Origin: Coraliomargarita sp.
Lineage (GTDB): Bacteria > Verrucomicrobiota > Verrucomicrobiia > Opitutales > Coraliomargaritaceae
Direction of reading: 5' to 3'
DNA: 64,000 nt
NCBI GenBank assembly: GCA_965216325.1
Contig: OZ244160.1
Location: 2,432,001 to 2,496,000 of the forward strand
Position numbers and translations under genes: made by a program. Numbering within the stretch: the stretch's first letter is position 1; every line of letters begins with the position of its first letter. Below the pieces are notes generated by a model that was given only the letters and a program-made list of their open reading frames with translations, was not told the DNA's origin and did no database searches. Below are positions 15,505 through 26,045 of the stretch, in pieces.

Positions 15505-17031
15505 CTATTGAAAATGGGAGATGGTCTCGACCACGAAGTGGTCGAGGCTCGACTGTGGCGACTCGAAGGCGATGTCCATCTCAAGCTCGTTTAGTGTCTT
15601 GGAGGTGAGTGGGCCGATGCTGCCGTAGGCCGGTTGAGTTGCCTCATCTTCAAGAGCCAGCGCATCTTGTTGGTCGACAAAGGATTTCACCGTTGAAGAG
15701 CTGGTGAATAGCACGGCATCCGCACCTTCTTTGCGGAAGCGCTCGGCGGCAGGTTCTTTGCTCAGGTCTGTCTTAGAGGTCTTATACAGTGGCAGTGTGT
15801 CGACGATGGCACGGCCTTCGTCTTCGAGGCGTTTGACCAAAGTCTGGCGGTTCTGATTGCCGGTGACGATGAGCATTTTGACACTTTCTACGCCTTCGTC
15901 TTCGATGAACTTGGTGGCGAGGGCGTCGGCGTTGGCCTTTGGTGGGATCAGGTCCACCTTTAGGTGATGCTTTTCAATCTCGCGGGCGGTCGCTGCGCCA
16001 ACCGCTGCAATGCGCATGGGGCCGAGGCAACGAATGTCCGGGTAGGCCTTGTAGAACAGGTCGAAGAAGGTCTTCACGCCATTGGCGCTGGTGAAAACGA
16101 TCCATTCGTAAACAGCCATCTCCGCGAATACTTCAGTCAGTGTGTTTGGGTCATAGTGTGGCTCCACTTTGATGAAGGGGAGTTCGAGCACTTCAGCGCC
16201 TTGGGCTTCGAGCATTTCGGTGAGCTGGCCGGCTTGCTCGCGAGCGCGTGTGACCACGACTCGCTTACCAAACAGTGGCCGACCTTCGAACCATTCGGTT
16301 TTGGTGCGTTGCGCAACCACTTGGCCGATGATGATCATTGCTGGTGTGCCGATGCCTGCAGCTTCGATGTCGCTGACGATACTATCGACGGTGCCGTAAA
16401 CGGAACGCTGACGGTTGAGTGTGGCCCATTGGATCACGCCGACAGGCGTGTCGCCGGACATGCCGCCGTCTTTGAGTTCACCCAAGATGCGGGGCAGTTG
16501 GCCGAGGCTCATGTAGAGGCAGAGTGTGCCGTTGGTGGAACCGTGCTTCTTGAAGTCGATGCTCAGCGTATGCTTTTCGGGGTTTTCGTGTCCGGTCAGA
16601 AAAGTGATCGACGAGCTGTATTCGCGGTGGGAGAGAGGAATACCGGCGTAGGATGCGGCTGCCAGTGCAGCGGTCACGCCGGGCACGATCTCGAATGGGA
16701 TCTTGTCGGCCTGAAGTTCGTCCATTTCTTCACCGCCGCGGCCGAAGACAAAGGGATCGCCGCCCTTGAGGCGAACGACTTGTAGGCCCTTGTGCGCGCG
16801 ATCGACCAGAATCTCTTCGATCTCATCCTGTGGCAGCGAGTGTAGGCCGGAGCGTTTGCCGACGTAGATCTTTTCCGCATCCGAGCGCGCCCAGTCGAGC
16901 AGCTTCGGGTTGGCCAAGTAATCATAGACGATCACATCGGCAGTTTCGATGAGTTGGCGCGCACGCACGGTGACTAAGCCGGGATCGCCCGGGCCTGCGC
17001 CAATGAGATAAACTTTTCCTGTTGTTTCCAT
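15505..17031 (-). CDS. cobA: Uroporphyrinogen-III C-methyltransferase / uroporphyrinogen-III synthase fusion (true start 17031)
   Basis: [30 protein letters not shown], then HemD part [24 protein letters not shown]. Confidence 0.95.
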   Translation of the reverse strand: METTGKVYLIGAGPGDPGLVTVRARQLIETADVIVYDYLANPKLLDWARSDAEKIYVGKRSGLHSLPQDEIEEILVDRAHKGLQVVRLKGGDPFVFGRGGEEMDELQADKIPFEIVPGVTAALAAASYAGIPLSHREYSSSITFLTGHENPEKHTLSIDFKKHGSTNGTLCLYMSLGQLPRILGELKDGGMSGDTPVGVIQWATLNRQRSVYGTVDSIVSDIEAAGIGTPAMIIIGQVVAQRTKTEWFEGRPLFGKRVVVTRAREQAGQLTEMLEAQGAEVLELPFIKVEPHYDPNTLTEVFAEMAVYEWIVFTSANGVKTFFDLFYKAYPDIRCLGPMRIAAVGAATAREIEKHHLKVDLIPPKANADALATKFIEDEGVESVKMLIVTGNQNRQTLVKRLEDEGRAIVDTLPLYKTSKTDLSKEPAAERFRKEGADAVLFTSSSTVKSFVDQQDALALEDEATQPAYGSIGPLTSKTLNELEMDIAFESPQSSLDHFVVETISHFQ

Positions 17032-17035
17032 GTTT

Positions 17036-17106
17036 GTAGGGGCGTGCCTTGGCACGCCCGTCAAGTGTTGCGGGTGCTGGGCGGGCGCGTCAAGTCGCGC
17101 CCCTAC
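17036..17106. repeat. GTAG-type REP doublet between hemC and cobA-hemD
   Basis: GTAGGGGCGTGCCTTGGCACGCCC ... GGGCGCGTCAAGTCGCGCCCCTAC. Confidence 0.8.
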
Positions 17107-17960
17107 AAGTTGAGATCGCCAAGGATCGCGGACAGCACGCCGTCGATCTCTAGGATAGTCTCGATTTCGAATTCGTAAGTCGTGTGGCCGACTTCCGGAT
17201 GGTAAATATAAAACGTGTTGCCGTCGTAGTGTGCGCCAACGGGTGTTTGGCAACCGCCGCCGAGGCGGTGTAGGAACTCGCGCTCAAGAGTGACCGCACG
17301 CTTGGTTTGCTCGCAGAAGAGATCTTGGTAGGTCTCTAAGTCCTTCTCGCGGCATTGGATGGCGATGGCGGCTTGGCCGGGAGCGGGCACCATCTCTGCA
17401 ATTGGAAGCTCGACGAATTCAAGGCCTTCGTAGCTGCTTATGTCTAGGCGGTCGAGTCCGGCTGCGGCGAGTAGGGTGGCTTCGGCTTCGTGATCTTCAG
17501 CGATCTTGCGCAGGCGTGTTCCGACGTTGCCGCGCAGTGTGGTCCATTCCGCCTCGTCGTTGGTCAGCGCGAGCTGGGCGCGGCGGCGCGGGCTGCTGGT
17601 CGCAATTTGTTTTGGATACTCAGACTCGCACCGGTGCACGAGCACGTCGTTGGCGCGGGCGCGTGGTAAATAGCCTGCGATGCACAGATCCTCGTGGAAG
17701 GTCGTGGGCATGTCCTTAGCGCTGTGCACTGCGAGAACTGCCTTGTCGGCGAGGAGGGCTTCTTCCAGCTCCTTGGTAAAGAGGCCAATGCCGCCACGCT
17801 TTTCCAGTGACCAGCTTAGGCGCTCGTCCACTTTGGTCGAGAGGCGTAGCTCCTCGAATGTGGAGTGTGGGAGCTTTTCAGTCAGCCATGCGCGGACCAT
17901 CTCGGTCTGCTTGAGGGCGAGTGGGCTCTTGCGTGTGGCGATTAGGATTGGATCGGACAT
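17103..17960 (-). CDS. hemC: Hydroxymethylbilane synthase (true start 17960)
   Basis: IATRKSPLALKQT, GLFTKELE, AVHSAKDMP, TSSPRR, RGNVGTRL, PAPGQ, GGCQTP. Confidence 0.97.
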   Translation of the reverse strand: MSDPILIATRKSPLALKQTEMVRAWLTEKLPHSTFEELRLSTKVDERLSWSLEKRGGIGLFTKELEEALLADKAVLAVHSAKDMPTTFHEDLCIAGYLPRARANDVLVHRCESEYPKQIATSSPRRRAQLALTNDEAEWTTLRGNVGTRLRKIAEDHEAEATLLAAAGLDRLDISSYEGLEFVELPIAEMVPAPGQAAIAIQCREKDLETYQDLFCEQTKRAVTLEREFLHRLGGGCQTPVGAHYDGNTFYIYHPEVGHTTYEFEIETILEIDGVLSAILGDLNL

Positions 17961-18011
17961 GAACGTTGAACATTCAACGTCGAACTTCGAACGTCGAATC
18001 AAAAGTGTGTG

Positions 18012-18110
18012 GTCGGGACGCTTGCCCTCAGGCGTCCGTTTGCCAAGAGTTGAAGATTCCTTTGGCGGACGCTTGCACCCAAGCGCATAATAAAGGGCAA
18101 ACGCCCCTAC
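18012..18110. repeat. REP-like doublet upstream of hemC
   Basis: GTCGGGACGCTTGCCCTCAGGCGTCCG, nearly identical to 35313-35339; opposite arm ends CCCCTAC. Confidence 0.7.
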
Positions 18111-18117
18111 CGTAACT

Positions 18118-18153
18118 AAAAAGCGGTCGAAGGAATTAACCAACGACCGCTTT
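18118..18153 (-). terminator. Terminator after ilvC
   Basis: AAAGCGGTCG...CGACCGCTTT inverted repeat with a T-run on the minus strand. Confidence 0.65.
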
Positions 18154-18177
18154 GAAAAGCTAGATGAAAAAGGCGGC

Positions 18178-19206
<1,029 letters not shown>

Positions 19207-19271
19207 TGTTCTGTGTATCTTTGCGGAGCTGGGCTCCTTTTTTGTTTATATGGAAGTGTGGGAGGCTTCGA

Positions 19272-19748
19272 CTACTGGCCACGCTTGAGCGCGAGGCCGC
19301 CGGAGCGAGCCATCTCAACGATGCCGTGTGGCTCGATGAGGCTAAGGAAGCCTTTAACCTTGTTTGCGTTACCGGTCATTTCGATGTTCACCGTAGTCGG
19401 GGACACGTCGATGATACGGGCACGGAAAATATCGCAGATCTGCATGATCTCGGAGCGCTTCTCGGGGGCGGCGTTGACCTTGAGCATGACCAGTTCACGC
19501 TCAGTTGCGGAGCCTTTTGAGAATTCAGTCACTTCCAGCACGTTGATGAGCTTGTTGACTTGCTTGATTGCTTGATCGAGCGAGTCGCTATCACCTTTGA
19601 TGCAGACGGTAATGCGGGAGAAACGATCATCCGGCATTGGGCCCACATTCAAGCTTTCGATGTTAAATCCTCGGCCGCTGAACATACCAGCGATACGAGC
19701 GAGGACACCGAACTTGTTTTCGACGAGAATGGAAATGATGTGGCGCAT
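19272..19748 (-). CDS. ilvN: Acetolactate synthase small (regulatory) subunit
   Basis: MRHIISILVENKFGVLARIAGMFSGRGFNIESL, ERELVMLKV. Confidence 0.97.
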   Translation of the reverse strand: MRHIISILVENKFGVLARIAGMFSGRGFNIESLNVGPMPDDRFSRITVCIKGDSDSLDQAIKQVNKLINVLEVTEFSKGSATERELVMLKVNAAPEKRSEIMQICDIFRARIIDVSPTTVNIEMTGNANKVKGFLSLIEPHGIVEMARSGGLALKRGQ

Positions 19749-19793
19749 AATAAAAAGGGCCCAATTTGGATGGACCCGTGATTTTTTTCGAAA

Positions 19794-19870
19794 TGGTAGA
19801 CGGTGAGGGATTCGAACCCACGACCCCCTCGGTGTAAACGAGGTGCTCTAACCAGCTGAGCTAACCGTCC
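19794..19870 (-). tRNA. tRNA-Val (anticodon TAC)
   Basis: GGACGGT acceptor, TAGCTCAGCTGGTTAGAGC D-arm, CCTCG-TT-TAC-AC-CGAGG, GTTCGAATC, CCA end; 77 nt. Confidence 0.97.
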
Positions 19871-19957
19871 GTTTCGGAAAGACGTGTAAAATGCTGTGCG
19901 CCTTTGTTGAATCAAGCCAAATTTTCACGAATTTTGATTTTCTTGAAAATTGGGTGA

Positions 19958-20343
<386 letters not shown>

Positions 20344-20509
20344 ATTCCAAAGGAGGTGGAAGAAATTACATCGTGTGCTGTTTGCAAGCTTTGACTTTAG
20401 TGGTTCCTAATTCTGGCGCTCATAGGAGGCCGCCACTGTGCCACCATTATATGAGGTGCTTTGATGCTTTGTTCTCGACCGTTGAGTGGCTGAACGTATC
20501 ACTTTGCCT

Positions 20510-21295
20510 ATGTCTGCCACGGTATTTACAATTGCGAATCAAAAGGGCGGTGTCGGTAAGACGACGACTGCGATTAATCTCAGCTATGCGCTCGCTGAAC
20601 AGGGGGTGCGCACTGTGCTTGTGGATCTCGATCCGCAGGCAAATGCAACCAGTGGCCTTGGACTCGAAAAACTAGAAGGCGGTAGTCTTTATGGACCTCT
20701 ACTCGGCGAGGGCTCCGCGCTCGATAAGGTGCAACCCGTCGGTGCGAATGCGAATCTGTTCGTGATCCCTTCGGAAGTCGACATGGCTGCGATTGAGATC
20801 GAGTTAGTGCAGAAGGAGAACTATCTTGTGCAGCTACGCGAAGTGCTGGCTCCGCTGCGTGAGTCGGGTGACTACGATGCTGTAATTCTCGACTGCCCGC
20901 CTGCGCTGGGGATGCTGTCGATGAATAGCTTGGCGGCTGCTGACTACCTGCTGATAGCGCTGCAGTGTGAGTATCTGGCAATGGAGGGGCTTGGTCAAAT
21001 TCTCAAGGTCCTCGATACGCTGCGTGATGCGGGTGTGAATGACGGTCTGGAACTCGGTGGTATTTTAATGACGATGTTCGACCAACGTAACAATCTTGCC
21101 CACCAAGTTGTGGGCGAGGTGCGCAATCACTTCGATGATATGGTCTTTCGCAGCATGATTCCACGTTCGATCCGCTTGAGTGAAGCACCTAGTTTCGGCC
21201 AATCCATTTTCGAATACGATGGCAATAGCAAGGGTGCCAATGCTTACCGCTACTTTGCCGACGAAGTGATCGAGCGCTTTAGTCTTGGTAAGTAG
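20510..21295 (+). CDS. parA: ParA/Soj family ATPase
   Basis: IANQKGGVGKTTT, VDLDPQANAT, LDCPPALG, QCEYLAMEG, IRLSEAPSFG. Confidence 0.95.
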   Translation: MSATVFTIANQKGGVGKTTTAINLSYALAEQGVRTVLVDLDPQANATSGLGLEKLEGGSLYGPLLGEGSALDKVQPVGANANLFVIPSEVDMAAIEIELVQKENYLVQLREVLAPLRESGDYDAVILDCPPALGMLSMNSLAAADYLLIALQCEYLAMEGLGQILKVLDTLRDAGVNDGLELGGILMTMFDQRNNLAHQVVGEVRNHFDDMVFRSMIPRSIRLSEAPSFGQSIFEYDGNSKGANAYRYFADEVIERFSLGK

Positions 21296-21313
21296 AATTT
21301 TCGCGCTCAGCGC

Positions 21314-21383
21314 TGGAGGGCAATGCTCCGTCATTGCCGCCTCATATAACACTTCAATGGCAACGACGGAGCGTTGCCCTCCA
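21314..21383. repeat. REP-like inverted doublet (TGGAGGGCAA family)
   Basis: TGGAGGGCAATGCTCCGTCATTGCC ... GGCAACGACGGAGCGTTGCCCTCCA. Confidence 0.8.
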
Positions 21384-21394
21384 TTTTCTTTCAG

Positions 21395-22321
21395 ATGACG
21401 GAGCCCGCTCCAGCCGACAATCTTCCAGAGCTAGATGCCTTTTGTGCTCACCTCACGTTGGAGCGCCGTGTCTCGGAATACACGGTGCGCAACTATCGTC
21501 ATGCGGTGGAGAACTTCGTTGCTTGTATGGAAGAGCAGGGCAAGTGGCGAGGTGAGTTCGGCGCAGTGCGTTCGCTGGAGGTTCGTTCCTTTCTGATCGA
21601 TCAAGGACGCCGTGTCTCACGCCGCACGCTGCATAACCATGTATCGGGTTTGCGGGCCTTTTATCGCTATCTGAGGCAACAAGGACAGGTGGAGAACAAT
21701 CCATTCACTGGAGTGGCGCTGCCGAAACTGGATAAGCCACTGCCGAAGTTCTTAACTGAAGGGCAAATGCAGGCCTTGTTGAATGCGCCCACTAAGCTGT
21801 GGAAAGAGGGCAAGCTTGGAGAGTTTGAAGCCTTCCGGGATAGTTTGATTCTGGAATTGCTCTACGGGGGCGGACTGCGTGTGAGCGAACTGTGTGCCCT
21901 AAATCATGGTCAGATTGATCTGGGGCAAGGAATTGCGCGGGTGCTGGGCAAGGGCCAGAAGGAGAGGCTGTGTCCCTTAGGGCCAGTTGCCGTCCAATGC
22001 TTGAAAACTTTCGTGGAGCGCTTCGACTTGAGCGCCGATCTCAGTTCTCCAGTGATTTCGCAGAGCAATGGTCGGCGCATGGAGCCGCGCCAGATCCAAA
22101 AGCTACTCAAAGTGCACCTAGCCGCGGCCGAGTTGCCGCTCGATATGACTCCGCATAAGTTGCGCCACTCCTTTGCGACGCACATGCTGGACAACGGTGC
22201 GGATTTGCGAGCAGTGCAGGAACTTCTCGGACACGCGAATCTCTCCACCACTCAGATCTATACCCACGTTTCAATCGCACGTCTGAAGGAGGCGCACAAG
22301 CAAGCCCACCCGAGAGCATAG
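21395..22321 (+). CDS. xerC: Tyrosine recombinase XerC/XerD
   Basis: GLRVSEL, GKGQKER, PHKLRHSFATH, LRAVQELLGHANLSTTQIYTH, HPRA end. Confidence 0.9.
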   Translation: MTEPAPADNLPELDAFCAHLTLERRVSEYTVRNYRHAVENFVACMEEQGKWRGEFGAVRSLEVRSFLIDQGRRVSRRTLHNHVSGLRAFYRYLRQQGQVENNPFTGVALPKLDKPLPKFLTEGQMQALLNAPTKLWKEGKLGEFEAFRDSLILELLYGGGLRVSELCALNHGQIDLGQGIARVLGKGQKERLCPLGPVAVQCLKTFVERFDLSADLSSPVISQSNGRRMEPRQIQKLLKVHLAAAELPLDMTPHKLRHSFATHMLDNGADLRAVQELLGHANLSTTQIYTHVSIARLKEAHKQAHPRA

Positions 22322-22324
22322 CGT

Positions 22325-22870
22325 ATGCAGAATTCGAATACATATCAGCGGGCTGTTGAGCTAGCAAAGTCCGCATCTATTGGACTCGGGCGAGTGGAAT
22401 TTTTAATGAACCGTCCTGCAGAGGGCGAGCATGTGCCGGTGGATGCGCTGTATCTGGATGTGGTGCATGGGATACAAGGGGATCGCTGGGAGCGCACTGC
22501 ATGGCTGAAAACGGATACGGGTGCTCCAGATCCACGTGTTCAAGTGAGTCTGACGAATACCAGTGTGATTCGATGTTTTACGGGTGAGGCCTTAGAGTCG
22601 CAGTATCTTTGCGGTGATAATTGCTACGTGAACTTGAATTTGACGGAGGCTGTGTTGCCTGTCGGTAGTCGCTTACAAATCGGAAATGCAGTGATCGAAG
22701 TTAGTGATGTCGAAAACGATGCCTGTGGGAAGTTCGCGCAGCGCTTTGGTGTGGATGCTTTGAAGTGGGTGCGTCGGCCGGAGCACCTCTCCTTGCGCCT
22801 TCGAGGGATCTTTTGTCGTATCGAGCAGTCCGGTTGGGTTCGAGTGGGAGATCACATAAAGTTGTGCTGA
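22325..22870 (+). CDS. MOSC-domain protein
   Basis: GIQGDR, GDN..V.L, LPVGSRLQIGNAVIEV, ACGKF, LRGIFCRI..SGWVRVGD. Confidence 0.8.
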   Translation: MQNSNTYQRAVELAKSASIGLGRVEFLMNRPAEGEHVPVDALYLDVVHGIQGDRWERTAWLKTDTGAPDPRVQVSLTNTSVIRCFTGEALESQYLCGDNCYVNLNLTEAVLPVGSRLQIGNAVIEVSDVENDACGKFAQRFGVDALKWVRRPEHLSLRLRGIFCRIEQSGWVRVGDHIKLC

Positions 22871-22981
22871 TCTGTGGTATGTGTTGTGCGGTTTCTGTGG
22901 GGAGATTTTTTTGCAGGGCTAGGGTGTTTCACTTATTATTTGGTTGCGCCTGCAGGCTATCCTACTTGAGTCCGTGACATT

Positions 22982-23043
22982 ATGAAGACTGTTTGCTATC
23001 TCTTCGTTGTCATTTTTTCAGTATTGCTTCTGCGTCTGGAAGC
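22982..23043 (+). pseudogene. 5' fragment of a secreted-protein gene cut off at the IS110 remnant
   Basis: ATG at 22982 reads MKTVCYLFVVIFSVLLLRLEA (signal-peptide-like), then runs into IS110 antisense sequence. Confidence 0.4.
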
Positions 23044-23685
23044 GGTGATCTCACCGAGGTAGGCACAGATCGCCCATGCAGTCACTTTCCCAACTCCGGT
23101 GACGCTCTGGATGATTTGGGATTGTTCACGCAGTTCTTCGTTGGACTGGATGCTTTGCTCTATGCGCTCTTCGAGTGCTTTGAGCTGTTCTTCAATGAAG
23201 GCGATCATCTTTTCGATCTCCGGCTCAAGCAGAGGTTCGGCCTTCTGTAGGCGTGTCTTCTCTCTTGTGAGCATCTCGGTGAGCTGGCTGCGCCGATCCA
23301 TGAGTGTTCCCAGTTCCTGACGACAGGGATCGTTTGGTCGCGTTGGTTCGGGCTGTCGCTGCTGAGCGTAGCGTAGAAGCATCTTCGCGTCGAGCGGATC
23401 GGTTTTGGCCTTGATCCCTTCGCTGCGGGCAAAGTCTCTGACTCTGGCAGGATTGAGAAGGGTGTAGGGAAGGTTCCGCTCTTGTAGCAAGGCAAGTAAA
23501 GGACGTTCATAGCCTCCGGTTGCTTCACAGACAAGGATCGTGCCTTCGAGCTGTTTGCTGAGTATCGAAAGGAGCTGTTGAAGCCCCTTCTGTTTATAGG
23601 GCAAAGCGCAGGCGTAATCGGGTGCTTGCACTTGCAGGCTGTCTTTTGCAATATCGACAGCGATGTAACTTTTGTGCTTGGTCAT
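23044..23685 (-). pseudogene. IS110-family recombinase, C-terminally truncated
   Basis: DEDD RuvC domain (IAVDIAK, VCEATGGYE, NPARVRDFA, KTDPLDA), coiled coil, start of Tnp domain (SVTGVGKVTA); similarity stops after LGEIT and the ORF ends at 22996 in unrelated sequence. Confidence 0.92.
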
Positions 23686-23870
23686 GGTTTGTATCGGTCT
23701 TGTAGAGATGAACTCACCGCCCTTGGACAGAGGTTCCGTCAACTGTTTGATATAAAACCAGAAGGCTTCCGAGGATCACTGCTCGCTAGTGAACTCGCCG
23801 CAAGGCAGTTCGAGACGGGGTTTGATCTCATCGGAAACCGTCCCGAGGCGGCGGCCACCGCTTCGGGACT
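23686..23870 (-). ncRNA. Predicted IS110 bridge RNA
   Basis: 5' hairpin (23840-23869); target loop with guide ACCCCGTCT matching flank ACCCAGTCT 8/9; donor loop with CTACAAG complementary to element end CTTGTAG. Confidence 0.8.
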
Positions 23871-24117
23871 ACCTGGCACCTCCGACACTGCACCGTGACG
23901 AAGGCTTTTTCGAGCCCTTGCTCCGACGAGTTCTATAGACCCATTCTCGCAAGGGCTCAAAAAGCTGATTTATCATCGCGGGAAACCTACAAGACTGGGT
24001 GTGCTGATAAAGGCCAAACCTCAGTCAAAACGGTGTTAGCTACAAAAAACACCATAAAGGTGTCGCTACGGTATCACGCAGCTTAGCTGTGCTTTTGTGT
24101 CTTTTTGTGGCGATCAA

Positions 24118-26043
24118 CTACGCGTCCGGCGTCGGTTCGACGTTCTGAGCAGCCACCAAGACACGCTTACGTTCGTTGTGATGCTTGGACTTGCCGAACG
24201 GGCTGCGCCAGATGCTATACGGTAGATTCGCAAGTAAAATAAAGATCACTTGGCTGCCGACGAAGATCATCAGCCACATAAAGCCGCTATCGGTGAAACC
24301 ATAACTGTGGAGGCCGACACCGAGTAGGTTGGTGCCAAACCAAGACCAGGCCGTGACAATGTTACCGCAGATCGCCAGACTCATCAGACCTCGCTCCTTG
24401 AGCACGCCGCCCCAGCGTGCGTGCAGGAAGATTGCGGTCATCAGCACGATCATGAGTGCGCCATTTTCCTTCGGATCCCAGCCCCAGAAGCGCCCCCAGC
24501 TTTGGTCGCCCCAGATGCCACCAAGGATGGTGCCGACCAGACTGAACAAGGCAGCGAAGCAGGTGATGCCGTAAACCATTGACCCAACTGCTCTGGCGTT
24601 CTCTTTGCTAAACTTGCTCGAGAGTAGGCCTAGGAGCACAAAGATGATTGCCAATGCCCCGGCGAAGAACATCGCCGAGTAGCCGAAGGTGATCACGGTC
24701 ACGTGGGTCGCGAGCCAGAAATTCGAGTCGAGCACCGCACGCATCATTTCTAGTGTGTCGCCACTCATGGATAGATGGTGTGCGATGATGAGGGTGCAGA
24801 AACCCACCAGTGAAGCCATGCCCGCACCGATGCCGTTCTTGAAGAAGGTTTCCAGAATGATGCCGAGGAGCACCGAGCCCCAGCCAACGAAGACCGCCGA
24901 GGAATAGAGGTTGGTGACGAAGACGCCGTAGCGATCCTGAATATACATGCGCGAGATCAGCGCGAAGGTATGTAGCAAGAAACTGGATACAAGGATGACG
25001 AGGGCGGCCTTGCTCAATTCCTGAGGCCAGCGCAGCCATGAGATGCAGACGATAAAAAATACCAAGACGTAGAGCTGCATAGTCAACGAGTAGAGTTGCA
25101 TGCCGTTGATGGTGTATTCGAAATGTACGCGGTCTACGGACTCCGGGAACTCGGCTTTGAAGCGCTCGCGCATTTCGCTCACAGTTTGGTTGAACATCTC
25201 GGCATCGCCGTTGCGGTAGGCCATGGTTAGCGATGCGTAATTCATCACGTAGGGGCTCATGCCCTTGCCCTGCATCGCATCGAGTAGCTCAAGGCCGACG
25301 TTCTTCCAGTCGGCCATGTGGTCCGCGGGCGGAACGGGTGGGATCACACGTAGGTGTGCGGTGCTGGAAAGACGCATGTAGTCTTCGCCAAAGTCGATAA
25401 AGGCGCGCAGCAGTTCGGCATCGTAGTCTTCGCCGGTTTGTTGCTTACGCAGTGCATCCAGTCCAGGGCCGATCATGCCAGTGTAGGTCGCATATTCGTC
25501 GACCAGCTTATCGAGGCGCGCGCCATCACCGATTGGGTGTAGCGAGTGCATGACACGGTTGTAAAGGTTGAGGCCGTTGTAGAGTTTGGCGAGCTGCTGC
25601 TCATAGGGCTGGCGCTGTTTTGGCTCGGGATTGATCTTCTCGAACAAGCTCTGGATCTCCGCGAAGTGTGGGCTGAGATCATTGAAGGAGTAGTGGCGTT
25701 GGCCCTCCTGTGCGAGGCCTTCGATGCCCAAGTCATCTGGAAACTCGATTTTGAATACGCGGTAGGTGTCGGCCAGTTCCGGCTTGAAGCTCAGATCCAT
25801 GAACCACTCCAGTGGTGAGAGCGTCACGCCCTCGGGGGTCTTGACCTTCTGTTGCTTGGCGAGCACCAGCAGGGTGTTGCGTGCAATCGCATCGATCGGT
25901 TTGATGCGTCCGCCCTCTTGCACCGACAATTCGCCAAAGGCATCGATGTCGAATTCGGTCTCGTTGGTCGATGGACGGAAGTGGCGCCCAAGCACCATCA
26001 GAACGAGCAAGGCGATAACACTGTAGATAATCGTCTTTTTCAT
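24118..26043 (-). CDS. ccsA: Cytochrome c biogenesis protein CcsA (system II, WWD domain)
   Basis: GGRIKPID, TNLYSS, VLDSNFWLATHV, GTILGGIWGDQSWGRFWGWDPKE, GLHSY. Confidence 0.93.
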   Translation of the reverse strand: MKKTIIYSVIALLVLMVLGRHFRPSTNETEFDIDAFGELSVQEGGRIKPIDAIARNTLLVLAKQQKVKTPEGVTLSPLEWFMDLSFKPELADTYRVFKIEFPDDLGIEGLAQEGQRHYSFNDLSPHFAEIQSLFEKINPEPKQRQPYEQQLAKLYNGLNLYNRVMHSLHPIGDGARLDKLVDEYATYTGMIGPGLDALRKQQTGEDYDAELLRAFIDFGEDYMRLSSTAHLRVIPPVPPADHMADWKNVGLELLDAMQGKGMSPYVMNYASLTMAYRNGDAEMFNQTVSEMRERFKAEFPESVDRVHFEYTINGMQLYSLTMQLYVLVFFIVCISWLRWPQELSKAALVILVSSFLLHTFALISRMYIQDRYGVFVTNLYSSAVFVGWGSVLLGIILETFFKNGIGAGMASLVGFCTLIIAHHLSMSGDTLEMMRAVLDSNFWLATHVTVITFGYSAMFFAGALAIIFVLLGLLSSKFSKENARAVGSMVYGITCFAALFSLVGTILGGIWGDQSWGRFWGWDPKENGALMIVLMTAIFLHARWGGVLKERGLMSLAICGNIVTAWSWFGTNLLGVGLHSYGFTDSGFMWLMIFVGSQVIFILLANLPYSIWRSPFGKSKHHNERKRVLVAAQNVEPTPDA

Positions 26044-26045
26044 GA

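Larger units (their letters stand above)
23044..23993 (-). mobile_element. Partial IS110 element (left end intact, right end lost)
   Basis: Left end begins with core CT-TGTAG (minus strand 23993-23987), then ~300 nt non-coding region, then the recombinase. Confidence 0.8.

Noticed and set aside
23813..23821. IS110 target guide aimed at the local REP (GGGCCGTCTCGCC at about 48737)
   Set aside because: CCGTCTCGC is shared, but the left guide matches only 6/9 and the actual flank here is not a REP; left unsupported
23686..23870. Bridge RNA transcribed from the plus strand (GCAA tetraloop, some G-U pairs)
   Set aside because: Module order, guide orientation and the CT core fit the minus strand, as in IS621
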